A stretch of 64,000 nucleotides of DNA from Yuukianura sp. NJ FZ-2021 (taxonomy: Eukaryota): contig CM102284.1 in NCBI GenBank assembly GCA_046563655.1, forward strand, positions 4,030,001 through 4,094,000. The letters run 5' to 3'. A program made the position numbers and the translations under genes. The notes beneath the pieces were generated by a model. The model had not been told where the DNA came from. It made no database searches and was given only the letters and a program-made list of their open reading frames with translations. Positions 13,130 through 26,000 of this stretch are shown here, in pieces. The number at the start of each line of letters is the position of its first letter. Position 1 is the first letter of the stretch.

Positions 13130-15419
13130 GAGTAAAAAAAAACGTGAGCATCAAAGACGTAAACAACAAGTTCATCAATTGCCCGCGAATTTTTGGAGAA
13201 AGTTGCAATTGTACACTTAATGAAAAATTTTTCTGGAGAAAGCTGAAATTGGACGCTGTTTGGAGAATTTTTTTGGAGAAAGTTGAGGAATTGGACTTTT
13301 GCAGGATTTGAGCGTTACTGATAATGGGGTGGATTTAGGAGGTTGCTGATGTGTTGATTGTTTAGTGTTTACGTGTTTAGGTAATTAATTTGACTTAAAT
13401 ATGACTTAATTAAGGCATGTTTAGTGCGGATGGGAAAATTGGAAGCAGTGGAAGGGCACACACAAGGTAAGTGTTTGGAAAGAGGACTTGTAGGCCGAGA
13501 TATTTGGGTTATATCCGCAATGGATCCATCCATTCTCGCCTGCTGCTGCCTAAAAATCTCAATCTGACTTGCATCTAACAACCTAAAGGATCCGTTTGCA
13601 CTGAGGGATGGGGAACAAAATGTTGCCAAAAAAATTTGGATCCGGTCTGCACGATTTTTTGTACTTTTATTCTCAATTTTGGCAACTCAGACATTCCTGC
13701 TTGATTCAGAAGATTCGCAAACACAGATTCAACCTAGATCAAAAACCGTGTTCGAATTTGAACAAGGATCTTAATCCTGCTTCGTTAACAAAAACAATTC
13801 AATTGTTGCACTGAAATTATTCAAAGCGGAAGCGTCTGGCACAACTTGTTCTTTACCCTCCTTTACTTCTTCAATGTCTAACACTTAACAAGTCCTTTGC
13901 TTAATCCGCAAACTGTCACTGCAGATTCAAGGTCACTGAAATTCTCAAAACGGGGTCAAGGTCTGCAAGGACTTTCAGAGTCCAAAAGTTTCAAAAGTGA
14001 GACAACTACTATAACCAAAATGGGAATTTTAGCGAGGCGTTCGCCTTTTATGTTGCTGAAATTTTCAATTTGATTCACAAGTGTAAATGAAACAGCGAAA
14101 ATTAAAACCACGTGATTTGTGTGATCTTCCGGGAATTCCTGTGCTAAAGTTAAAATTTGTCCCGTTCGGGAATTTCCCGGAGTGTTTGTCTTTACAAGAA
14201 AAGTCAATAGTTGCTTTTGGAATAAATTGCGAACAGGACTTGCTAAAAGAAAGGAATTAATTGTGCTGAAAGTGAAGTTTGTCTTTGCTTTGTGTAATGC
14301 AGGTTGAGTGTTTGATTTAATTTTAGACGTGACGTGGTCAGCTCATCTTCTTACCAAAAAAAGTGACACACAGATCACAGATCCGAATGTTGCAAAAAAA
14401 AAATAATGAACAAAGAGTGTCTCTTTGTCCAATTTTATGAAATTTCGGGATAGCACAACAAAATAGGTTGACCTCTTGACCTTACGAGGAGAAAATACAG
14501 ATAAACCTACCATAACTTTTTCATTTCATTTTTATGAATTCTGTATTCTTTGATGATACTTTTTGGTTAAAAAGTAAGATATTTCCATTATGAATTTAAA
14601 TGAGCTAGACTTAACTTTTAGCGGTGTGATTTCATTCATGTGCTGATGGTTTGTGCAGAAGCTGAAGATGTTTTCCTGTTATTTTGAAGATGAAAGGATG
14701 GACTTTGGTTCATCCACTTCCAAGTTCTATCGATAACTTAGGAGCAGCGTTTTGATTCAAAATTTGTTGAAAACACTTTTCACTATCATCCAGTTGTCTC
14801 CATCAAGTAGACGGATTATCACTTGTGGGCAGAGACGTCTTCAGTACTTTAGCTTTAGTTAAATTGACTCTTAATCTGCAACTCAGTCTACATGGACTCA
14901 TGCTCATCTATTAGTCAGTTCTTATGTCTCAGGATTTATGAATCTGAGATTAATCAGAACATTCTCATAAATCTCACAATTAATTATCAACTGAAGTCTC
15001 TTCTTCAAAGCGGGTTTCTTACAACTTATTCCGTGGGGTTGGCAGTTGGAGACTGCTAAGAGGATCATACAAAAAAAAAACTCTGTTATTGCATTTGACA
15101 GCTCTTCAGTAACTATTTGAGTAAAGTGACAACTTACCTCTTTATTATATAATTTTTAATTGAAACTTTTAATCAGCTTATGTTTAATTACTTAAATAGA
15201 TTAATAAGTTTGTTTCAATTATACAGCTAAAAACTTTTGTTCGTTGTGATGACTTTCATAGTCATAAGAGGTGGTTCTTTAGCGTGCATTAAAATTTAAA
15301 GGCGCCAATTTTGAATTGTTTTTGCTTTTTAATTTTAGAAAATCACTAAATCAGCTGATCTGCAGCCAAACAAAATAGGTAAGAAATAGAATTAAGATGT
15401 CAGATATTTTACAGCGTTG

Positions 15420-18336
15420 TTAAACGTTGTTCGCAAACTTCAATTTCGTCTTAAGAATGTTTGGGTTGGACATCAGGAGAGCATCCAGCTGAGCCTTCAC
15501 TTGAGCAAGTCGTGTCTTGTCACTTTTCAATGTTTTCTTCGCCATTGTTTTACCGCCACTAAAACCAAAAAACTTACGTTGACGTTCGATATTCGATAGA
15601 AAAAAAATTACAGAATGCCTCTTACGCATCAGAATCATCGCCATCTTCTGAAGAGGAAGCTATGTCCATGTCTTTCTTTGCCTTTTCAATCCAGTTTACA
15701 TCAGCCGACCTTTTTCGAACTTGATGTTCAAATTGCTCCACCTTCATGGCTAAATCAACTCGACTTTTCAGTTCGTGTAAAAGTTGTCGATCTACAGGAA
15801 ATGTCGGCAACGCCTCTTCTGAAACAAAAAAAAAAATGGAGATGAATGAATATTTAGCAGCTAACTGTAACAGGTTACATCGAAAACGACGAATTTTATG
15901 CCAACCTCGTCCGAGTGATTTTGAAATATTCCAGAAGCTTGTTGTCTCTGATGGTTCAATGAGGACTAATGCCAAACCCCCTTTGAACGCCCGTGCTGTT
16001 CTCCCACTACGATGGATGTAACTCTGTAACAAACGTACAAAAACCCAAATAAATGCAACGGGTACTGGACATTCCCATGATTAGGAATCGTCGAGTGAAA
16101 ACCATTCTTAAAATATAATGTACCAAACACTTTCGCTTACTTACCTCTGCGGTCTTTGGAACTTGAAAGTGAATAACGTGCTGAATGTTGGTAATGTCAA
16201 GGCCCCTTGCTGCTATATCGGTTGCGATTAAAATTCCGTTCTTGTTTTCGGCAAAACGTTCCAAACTCCGTAAGCGCTGCTTCTGAACCATATCAGAATG
16301 GAGCGCAAGTGGATCCAATTTCAGAAGGTAAAAGAGATTAACTAGACGTCTGACACAATTGATCGAGTTGCAAAACACAATCGTTCTCCCGGGGTGGAGA
16401 AGGAAGAAGTAATAGAGAATTGCCTCCTTTTGGTCTAGCTGGCAAGTCAAGCTCATCTCGACGAGTGTTTCACAAGTGCCTTTTCGACTGGTAATATCCA
16501 CAACCTTGGCTTGGGTTTCGTCTATACCCACCATGTTCATTATTTCGCGTAGCTTAACTTCTGGGTCAACTTTCTTCTTTTCCAAAGGCCGCTTCAGCTT
16601 CTTTAAAAGCCTGGAAGGGTGTTCATGAGTGAAGGACAAAGTTGCAGAGAACACGAAGTTTTGGCGGAGTTTGACTTGGTTTTCACTTTGGTTCAATACT
16701 TCTAGAATTCCCTGCAGTTCCTGGAAATGGCCCCGTTCTACCATTCGATCCGCTTCGTCTATAGCCAAGTAGCGGATTTGATTCAAAGTTGAAAGGTGTA
16801 CGTTTCCATTTTGAACCAGTTCCCAAAACCTGCCAATGGTTGCAATTACTACTTCCGGTTTCAAATTAAGTAAACGCTCTTGTTTTTGTTCTGACAGCCC
16901 ACCCACGATAACGACAATCTGTATTTAAAAAAAAATGTGAACGCACAAATACACTTTTACGTACTTAGAACTGAGTTGTTTTTTTCTACCTTTATTCCAG
17001 TGTACGTAGAAATCGTGTCCATGTGCCGCTTGATTTGAACGGCGAGTTCTCGCGTAGGTGCCAAAATTAGTGCTTGTAAATTGCTAATTTCGTTTTCGCT
17101 TTTGTCTTTCATCGATGATTGCCTTTCCCTATCTTCCATAATGCCTTGTAAGATGGGAATAGCGAAAGCAAGTGTTTTCCCGCTTCCAGTTTCCGCTGCG
17201 CCTATTACATCCTTCTTGCCCAAAAGCGATGCCATTAGTGTCAAGTTCTAGAAAATTATAGCATAAGAAATTATCAATGTATTTCTCGATATTGGTACTA
17301 AAGAGCTGATTAATAGATAGAAGAGTACTAAATACCTGAATTGGAGTTGGCTTGTCAAATTCGGCCTCCGCTAGCGCTCTTAGAATGGATGGGTGGACAC
17401 CTAATTTGGCCCAGGTTTCCATACTGAAGGCTGACGATACTGGACCATCTACGACGATGGCCTCAGGTTTAGTGTCTAAAGCTAATTGACGTACTGTTTA
17501 AGCAACAAAATCTGAATTAGGAAATTAACTGTAGAAGATACTGGGGTGAACTTTACGTTGTCACGTCTCACCCTTCGTTGAGTTTAATCGTTTTGGTTTC
17601 TTTTTCTGAGCCTGTGGAGGTTTTCTGCTTGTTCTTGACTCGCGTCCGTTCTCATTGTGTTTTTCCACTCCGATCACGATCCATTCAGATGTCGAAGGAG
17701 ACGCGGAATCATCTGGTGGGAGGACGGATTTTCGTATTTTTACTTTCTTTGGTGTTCCGGTTTCGTGTATTTCTCCAACCGCACGTTTCCTCGTGCCGGC
17801 AGAGCCATTCTTCTGTGTTCTGCCGTTTTTCGGTATTTCATTTTCACTTAGAACGGATTCTGCTGGTTCATCTACCTTGATTCCATCTTCATGGATTTGC
17901 CGATTAAAGAGTCCGATTGGTTGTGCTAAAATTTCAAAGTACTCAAATTAATGGCATGACATACATCATTTGGTTTGGTCTCCGTCTCTGATCTTTTTTC
18001 TGTTCCATGCTTCGTCCATATCCAATAGTTACACACACCACTTGCCTCCATTCAACTTCAAGATCAACTGTTTTTGTAGTTTAACAATAATATTGGTAAT
18101 ACGTATTGTTATTACTTATATTACAAAACGAAAGCAAAAAATGATTTACCCCCAGCAATGATTTCTCCGTTTTTATCAATGGAATAGTCAGTTAGTACTT
18201 CCAAAGAAATTAGATGTTCGAAATCGTTCTCGGAGAAGAAATCCGCTTCACCAGGTGGATCATCAAACTTTTCCCGGTCATTCCTTGCCTTTAAACCAGC
18301 AGATACAGGTTTTTTCGACGTCAATCGCGACTTCAT
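15420..18336 (-). CDS. DDX24: DEAD-box RNA helicase DDX24/Mak5
   Basis: Q motif [64 protein letters not shown]-terminal [10 protein letters not shown]. Confidence 0.92.
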
Positions 18337-18709
18337 GAAGATACAGACCTAGAAACGGCTGGAATTGAATTAATGGCTCACGAATTATGATTTACTGCAA
18401 CAAAGAAAAGAGAAGAACACACTGTTCTCAAACTTCTAAGATCTAAATTATCCAATTAAACCTAAGTTATTATGCCTTCTCCTTACGTTAACAATGACAA
18501 TCACGGAATTAACTACTCCTCAGTTTAGCTGTCACTTCCGTTTCCTGAATGCTTTTATTATGTAGAGAGGTCAATCTAATCAGTTTAACCCGTTCAGAAT
18601 CAGCGTTGACCACTTACAAATTTCCGTTTAAAATCAAAATCATATGCTTTCGGGGTTGAAGTAAGGTATAGCAACTATAATTAATTCTCCTACAACAGTT
18701 GGTGCCTAA

Positions 18710-18847
18710 CCTGTGCGGCTACTTATGTTGCTGCTTCATGCTAGATTGTTCTGGGTTCGAGCAGCTAGAAATATTGCCATTGCCACTAAGTTTAGCCGAC
18801 AATTGTAGCCACACAACATGGTCGTTGGCCGGTGTCGCTACACCGTG
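18710..18847. repeat. Dispersed repeat (TGTAGCC/GGCTACA family), copy C, between DDX24 and DUF427 5' ends
   Basis: TGTGCGGCTACTTATGTTG is the near reverse complement of copy A; TTGTAGCCAC and CTACACCGTG motifs. Confidence 0.45.
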
Positions 18848-19067
18848 CAGTATTTTTCTACTATCGTTAAAGCTTACTTCAACCCAATTTAGTACCCTCA
18901 CGTGCAAACTTCCCCGTGGAATTTCCCCTGCCGCTTTTTTTCTCTGTTTTTTCAATGAGAAACATAACGGGTTCAGGGAATAGTCAGGTAAGTGTGAGTT
19001 TTAATTAGCAATTAATTTAGGAATTAATTTCATTGCGATTTTTTTTAAAACGAACAGCGTTGAAAAA

Positions 19068-19841
19068 ATGCCAAAAGCCACTTGGAACGGAGTCGTGCTT
19101 GCGGAATCTCCGAACACCGTCATTGTTGAAAACAATCACTACGTAAGTTTCCTGGATTTATAGCCAGTGTTTTTATTTTTATGGTAAATTAAAATTATTA
19201 TACCTAGTATTTATTTAAAGCCTGGGTCATGCATTAAGACACATGCCTTCCATCAACCAAAAAGTTTTTTAAAAAAACTGACATTTAAGCATTAATTTCA
19301 GAATTCGATTTTAGAGTGTTATTGGAATAGTTAATTAACTTAATTGCCGGTTTTCTTGATGGTTTCAGTTTCCAATAGAATCTTTGAAAATGGAGTACTT
19401 CCAACCAAGTGAGAAGAACACCACTACCACATGTTCATGGAAAGGACAATGTCAATACTATGATGTCATCGTCAATGGTAAACCATTAACACTTCCGTCA
19501 GCAAAAGTTGTGTAAAACTTAATCTGTTAGCACATTAAACAACCCGACACTTGTCACGGGTTGTCGTCTTCCCTATAATTCAGTAATCTCCCACATCGGG
19601 AACTAAAAACCAATTTTTGCGTGTTCTCAATAGGTAACAAGAATCCCGATGCTGCTTGGTAAAACTTCAAATCAAATCTATAAGTTTTATAACTCCAATC
19701 GACCAATCGGTTTCAGAGTAACTAACTTCTAAATTGTCAATTTCTGTGTTCCTTAGGTTCTACCCATCGCCAAAAGAGGCAGCCATGAATATCAAAGGAA
19801 TGGTCGCCTTCTGGAAAGGAGTCCAAATTTACTCAACTTGA
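19068..19841 (+). CDS. DUF427 (NTP_transf_9) domain protein, 97 aa, 4 coding exons
   Basis: Exons 19068-19142, 19369-19477, 19634-19658, 19757-19841 (all GT-AG, phases compatible, 294 nt) give MPKATWNGVVLAESPNTVIVENNHYFPIESLKMEYFQPSEKNTTTTCSWKGQCQYYDVIVNGNKNPDAAWFYPSPKEAAMNIKGMVAFWKGVQIYST*. Confidence 0.92.
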
Positions 19842-20677
19842 CGCAACGACACCCCGAATTGAGGAAAAGACAGAATATTTACGCGTTTATTGAGCTCGAA
19901 ACACGATACGCCAGATTCAAGAGTTTTTGGTGTTTGACGGGAAGCTAAAATAGTACAGTAACATTGATGAAACTTCACTGATATCCACTCCCGTAGCTAA
20001 CACCGTAAATAATACACTATTTTTCACAGATTTCTAAATATAGTTTTCACATTAGTATACCAAATTAGCAGTTCATCTTTAAAGTTAAATGTTATAAAAC
20101 TTTTCAAGTAAAGGAGCTGGAACATTTACATTTTTCAAGGTTGGAGACGGTGCTGCTGCTGACGATGGCTGATGGTTTTAAACTTATCGTTTTGTCTTAT
20201 TAGAAAAAGAATTTCCAAAAATTTGAAAAAAATATTACGAACTTACTGCCTGCCGGTACTTTTTACCTCGGTCATGGAACACCACCCGCGAGAAGCGATG
20301 AAACTCGATCGTTAAGTTACTGCCGGAAAGGAAACTGCTACACAATGTCACTTAAAAGTCAAACTGCAACTGCTGCAGGAAGAAAAGTTTTGAGGAATCT
20401 TTAGCCCCCATTTGTTCTCAGCTCCCTCCCCACCCCGACTGCAAATCTCTGATACTGCAAAACAGCAAATCTCTGATTCCCCACCGCACTGGAACCACCA
20501 ACCACCACTGCCACCGCCTTTATAACTCCAACTCTCCAACCACCCCCGCAACCACCGCTCAGCTCAGCACATAAATAATAATAATACAAAGGAATTAATG
20601 AATGTATAGAAACCCCCTAGAAATTAGAACTCTTGAATTGAAAAGGAAGAAAAAAAATGAAGGTTTTAGAACTCAAG

Positions 20678-21663
20678 TCATTCCGAATTGGACCTGGAAC
20701 GTGAATGTCGTGGCTTCTCATCATTGTTGCGTTCGGCAGATCGGCTTCTATAAAAACAAAGTTTGAAAATTAGAAGACAATTTTGGATATAATCTTAAAA
20801 GTTAAAAGTGGCTCAGTTTAGTCACTTACCGCGATTTAGATTTGCCACGCCCACGCTCAACCGAACGAGACTTGGATTTGGATCGAGGTCGCGGAGAACG
20901 TGATGCCGACTTCGACTTGGGTGTACGCTCTCTCCTGCTGCGACGGGATCTGGAGCCCGACCGATCTCTGGTCTTTGATGACGATCGTCTGTGTGAACGC
21001 GAGCCTGACCGAGAACGCCTGCGTGAACGTCCATCGGAACGACGACGTCCTCGGGATCCAGAACGTGAACGACGATCGCGTCCACTGCGTCTATTATGCG
21101 GAGAAGCAGGACGTCCATATCTGATGTATTAAAATATATAGATCTGCCGTTCACACCGAAGTAAGGTGAATAAAGTTAAGCGACAGCGATAAATTACCTT
21201 GCCATCTGCACTCGCAGTTCCCTTCCATCTAAAACGCGTCCATCTAAGCTGTCCATTGCGTCTTCGGCATCCCTCCGGTCATGAAATCTATGGAAACACC
21301 ATTATGATACTAAAACTACTCAAACTGACATATTTTTACAACTGTGTATCTGTGTGGTGCAAAAACTAACCGAACAAAAGCGAATCCACGAGATTCTTTC
21401 GTCCAACGATCCCTTGGAATGTACACGTCACCAACTTCTCCGTACTTCTCAAAAACTCGCCTCAAATCATCTAAACAAAACCAAATCAAACCGATTACAA
21501 TCATCCTTTAGTCCCAGAGATTCCAAGGATAATGAATGCTCCATTAACTACTAATTACCTAACTAAACTACTTACCAGGAGTCGTCCGGAAGGTCAAATT
21601 GTCGACCTTCAGCGAAACCATTCCTTCAATCCTTGGAGGAGGATGTCCATACGAAAAACTCAT
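20678..21663 (-). CDS. SRSF2: Serine/arginine-rich splicing factor 2 (SC35)
   Basis: [91 protein letters not shown] followed by an RS domain; 5'UTR intron at about 21741-21927. Confidence 0.96.
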
Positions 21664-21929
21664 CCTGATACGAAGTTCAGCTTGAGTTTAGTCAGTTCTC
21701 GTTCCCAGTTACACAGTTTCCTCCGTTTTCCGAAAATGGTCTAAAAAATAAAATTGTAAGTAACAAAAACGAAGTCAATCAATCAAAGCTGAGTCATGCT
21801 GTATCCGCATCGAGAGGGTGGGGAGGAGGGGATTATTCTGCTCTTCAAAAAAATCACACCACCCGAATCGCAGAATCACCGTACGTATCTTTCAAAAACA
21901 ATGATATTCTGCTCAAGAAGAACTTACCG

Positions 21930-23025
21930 ATTACTTCGATGATTGAGTCTTCAAGTCTAATTAACCAATTCTAATTAACTTCTAATTCACCAAAGTAAGT
22001 ACCCCACTTTAGAATACTCCCCTCCTTGTCCTTCTCCTTGATAAAAGTGTTGCGAACGAAATGGTGAATGGTGTAGTAATGGTAAATTGGGGTCTCGAAC
22101 GAACCGACCAAAGCATACAGCAGCGGGAGCGGCGGGCGGCGTATGGAAATGAATACAGAGGGTAACGGTATTTCAGGAGGAGGGGTTCGGTTTGTCGGTA
22201 TCGTTCGACTTCGTACCGCAAAACCGGAATTCGGCAAGTTACTGTAGGATTAATGCGGTTGACGTAAACGTTCCTAGCAATAGTTGTATCTAATCATCCG
22301 CTACCGCTAATAATATTTACAACAGTTATCTGGTATTGTATTTACCTTTAAAAAATGCAAGGTTTAAAACTATGAAGGACTACTGCAAAAAATTTTTTCA
22401 AGATACAGAATACGACTGTATGTTTTTAAATTCTAAATCTCGCGACAGGTTAGGAATGTATTATCGTCAGATGTTGAAGCGGGTACAACATTTGAGACAA
22501 AATTTAAGCCAACCGTCGTGTTATGATTTGCATTTTGCAATAGGAAGTTTCTACCATAGACATACACATAAGAAGGAGGAAGCTTAAAAAGAGACAATGA
22601 TTATTGAGGTGAATTGACCGAGGCATTATTGAGAGCGACTCCTTAATTAATCAATTAACATTATCAGAACATATCATTATAATATTGATAACGTTTGGTC
22701 CAGTGACTTCACTGGTTATGGTCGGTTAATGTTATTATTATGCCCAGCTTTGAAGCATGGAATTTTGAGTGCTCTTATCACCTCCTCATGGATGTTTGGG
22801 GGTTCGCGTTCGCCCCTCGTGTATATTTTAAATGAATGAATCAAACACGGGAATATCAATGTTTAGCGGGTGAGCCACGTCATGCTGATTCTCTTTTACT
22901 ATTAATTTATTAGCCTTTCATAATTAAGTGGAAGGATTAAGTAATTTAATTAACTTAAGTAACCTAAATTAGTTCAATCACATTATTTAACTTTCACTTC
23001 CTGGAAATTTACAGAAACTGGAACC
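21930..23025. promoter_or_regulatory. Divergent promoter region SRSF2/Sec24
   Basis: Head-to-head genes; locally GC-richer patch at 22080-22240. Confidence 0.4.
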
Positions 23026-26000
23026 ATGAATCCTAACCCTGGACAACAACCGGTAGTATCCAACTTTCAGAGACCTCAACATTCTCAACCTCAAGTGTCC
23101 ACCATGCCAAGTAATTATGCTTCACAACATCAGCAAAGTCTGTACTCACAGTTACCGCATCATCAGCAAACGCCAGTGGTCTCGTATCCAACAGCGCCAG
23201 CAGTACAATCTCCAGTAGCTCAGTATCCGGCAACAGCGCAAACGCAACCGCTGCAAACTGGCTACCAACACCAACCGATTTTACAACGTCCGGCTCAGCC
23301 TCCGAACACTGGAAATTACAATGGACACGCTCCTGGACCAGTTACAACAGCTCCACCGGTTCAACAGCCAAACTACTACCCTCATCCCCAAGTTCAAACG
23401 CAACAACCGCTATCGCAAGCACAACGTATTCAACCTCCTCCTGGACCTTCAGCAAATTACGCAACTCCTCAACCTCAGCAGATTCAGCCCAATCATGACC
23501 CGCAGATGAGCACTTACAACGGGTATCATCCGCAGCAGAATTTCCAGGCCCCAGCTCCACCTCAACAGGGCCAAGGTTACAGCAATGACGTTGGGTCAAT
23601 TTCCAGAGCCATGGGAGGGTTATCCGTAACACAGCAAGGTTTCAACAGACTTTGGGTAAAATTCTTCTTCTCAAGTATCGTTTTTTGATAATATTTGAGT
23701 AAGGTTGACTTACCAGAATTTCTTTTGTAGGGTAACGAGTCGATAGATTTACTGAAGCAGAGGCAGATCTTACCTGCAACTGGAGTCAAACCTCCGGAGA
23801 TACGGTTTCAACATGACTATATGAATTCGATAAATTGTAGTCCAGAGTAAGTCTTCAGACTTGAGACAGTCTAAGAAACACTACACGAACAATTTTGTCA
23901 GCAGCTAATCATTGATTTCTTTGTCATTTACAGCATATTTAGATGTACCCTAACGAAGATTCCGGAGACTAAGGCGCTGCTGCAAAAGGCACGACTTCCC
24001 TTAGGCATTTTAATTCACCCGTTCAAAGATTTAGCGGTACGGGTACGCATTTGTTTTTAAACAGAATTTTACTTGGGAGATATTTAGTAAATACAGAAGT
24101 CTTTGTATTCAGACGATATTGCTTTCTTTTCACAGAATCTACCCGTTATTCAATGTAATACAATTGTCCGATGTCGATCCTGTCGAACTTATATAAACCC
24201 ATTTGTTTACTTCATCGATCCACGACGGTGGAAGTGTAACCTCTGCTCCAGGCTGAATGATCGTAAGTTTGACCAGACAACTACTATTCATAGCAACCTT
24301 ACCTAAAGAAAAACTGGAGTTTTTCTACTGAACAATCAGCGAACGTTTTTGCAAAAATCTCACATTACCCCAATGCCGTTGGAAATTCTAACCTTCAAGT
24401 AATTCAATAATAATTAACTATTACTTTCGTTTTTAGTTCCAGAAGAGTTCCATTACGACCCAGTCACTAGAACAAGCGGAGACCCCGCAAGGCGACCGGA
24501 AGTCCGTTCAGCGACAATTGAATTTGTAGCTCCGGTGGATTACATGGTTCGTCCACCACAAGCAGCAGTTTATCTGTACGTCCTGGACGTCACTTCAAAC
24601 GCTATTGATACGGGGTATTTGAAGACTGTCTGCGACATACTCCTAGATGAACTGGATAAAATTCCAGGAGACAGTCGTACACAAATCGGATTTATAACGT
24701 TTGACTCGGCAGTGCATTTTTATAATATGGCAGCAGGGTTAAGTCAGCCTCACCAATACGTCGTTTGTGATATTAATGGTAAATTGACAAAAAATTGATG
24801 AAACTGACAAAAAGTATTCCACATCTTGACGTTTTTTCTGTTTACTTTGCAGATATTTTTGTTCCATGTCCCACTGATTTGCTTGTGAATTTGGATGAGT
24901 CGAAAGAAATTGTACGGCAGTTACTAACTTCTCTCCCTACGAAGTTTCTGAACACGGCGGACAATCAATCGGCTCTTGGGGCTGCGCTGCAGGCTGCACA
25001 AAAAATGATGGTAAGCACGCAGTTTAGAAATTATTTTATACTGGAAAACATGCAACTTCTTTGGTTATAGGCACCGATTGGCGGGAGAATTACAGTTTTT
25101 CAGTCATGCCTTAGTACAATTGGGCCAGGGTCGCTTGCTAACCGTGAAGTAACAGTCAAGACCGTGAAGGATATTCCACCAATTCTGAATCCCAGTACCG
25201 ATTTCTACAAGAAAATTGCTCTGGAATGCTCTCAACAATATATTGCCGTTGATCTTTTCTTCATCAACAACCAATATGTCGATATTGCCTCAATTGGATG
25301 TGTATCCAAATTCTCTGGTGGAAGTATCTACCAGTTTCCCAATTACCATGCAACGGATAACCCTTCACAAAGTTATTCGTTCGAACAAGCATTTCAGCGT
25401 TACGTCACAAGAAAAATTGGATTCGAAGCTGTTATGCGAGTCCGTTGCAGCAGGTTAGTGAGCAAAACTGTTTAAATTCTAAATATTCCTAAGTGTGCAT
25501 AATGGCGTTGAAAAACTTCAGTTTACTGATCAATTTGATTCAATTTGACCTCTTTTTTTTGTTGTGTAGAGGGCTGTCGATTCACACATTTCACGGCAAC
25601 TTTTTTGTGCGATCGACTGACCTCTTGAGTCTACCGAACTGCAATCCCGATTCAGGCTTTGGCATGCAAGTGTCAATCGATGAACCACTGAGTGATTTTC
25701 AGACTGTTTGTTTCCAAGCTGCCTTGCTTTATACTTCAAGTAAAGGTAAGCAGATTCCCTACTTTATATGCCTTTACAGCGATTTAGTTTTAGACCTGGT
25801 TTGTTACCTCAACGTTATAAAATCGTTGCTTTTGTCTCAGGTGAAAGGCGAATTAGGGTCCATACGCTATGTCTTCCTGTTGCTGGGAATGTTAACGACA
25901 TCATCTGCAGTGCCGACCAACAATGCATTATCGGCCTCTTAGCGAAAATGGGTAAGAAAAATTAGTCAACTCGGAATACTAATTGCAGAAATGAAATTAA

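Noticed and set aside
20842-21132. Plus-strand Arg/Asp/Glu-rich ORF (RDLDLDR..ERDRER)
   Set aside because: Antisense shadow of the SRSF2 RS domain
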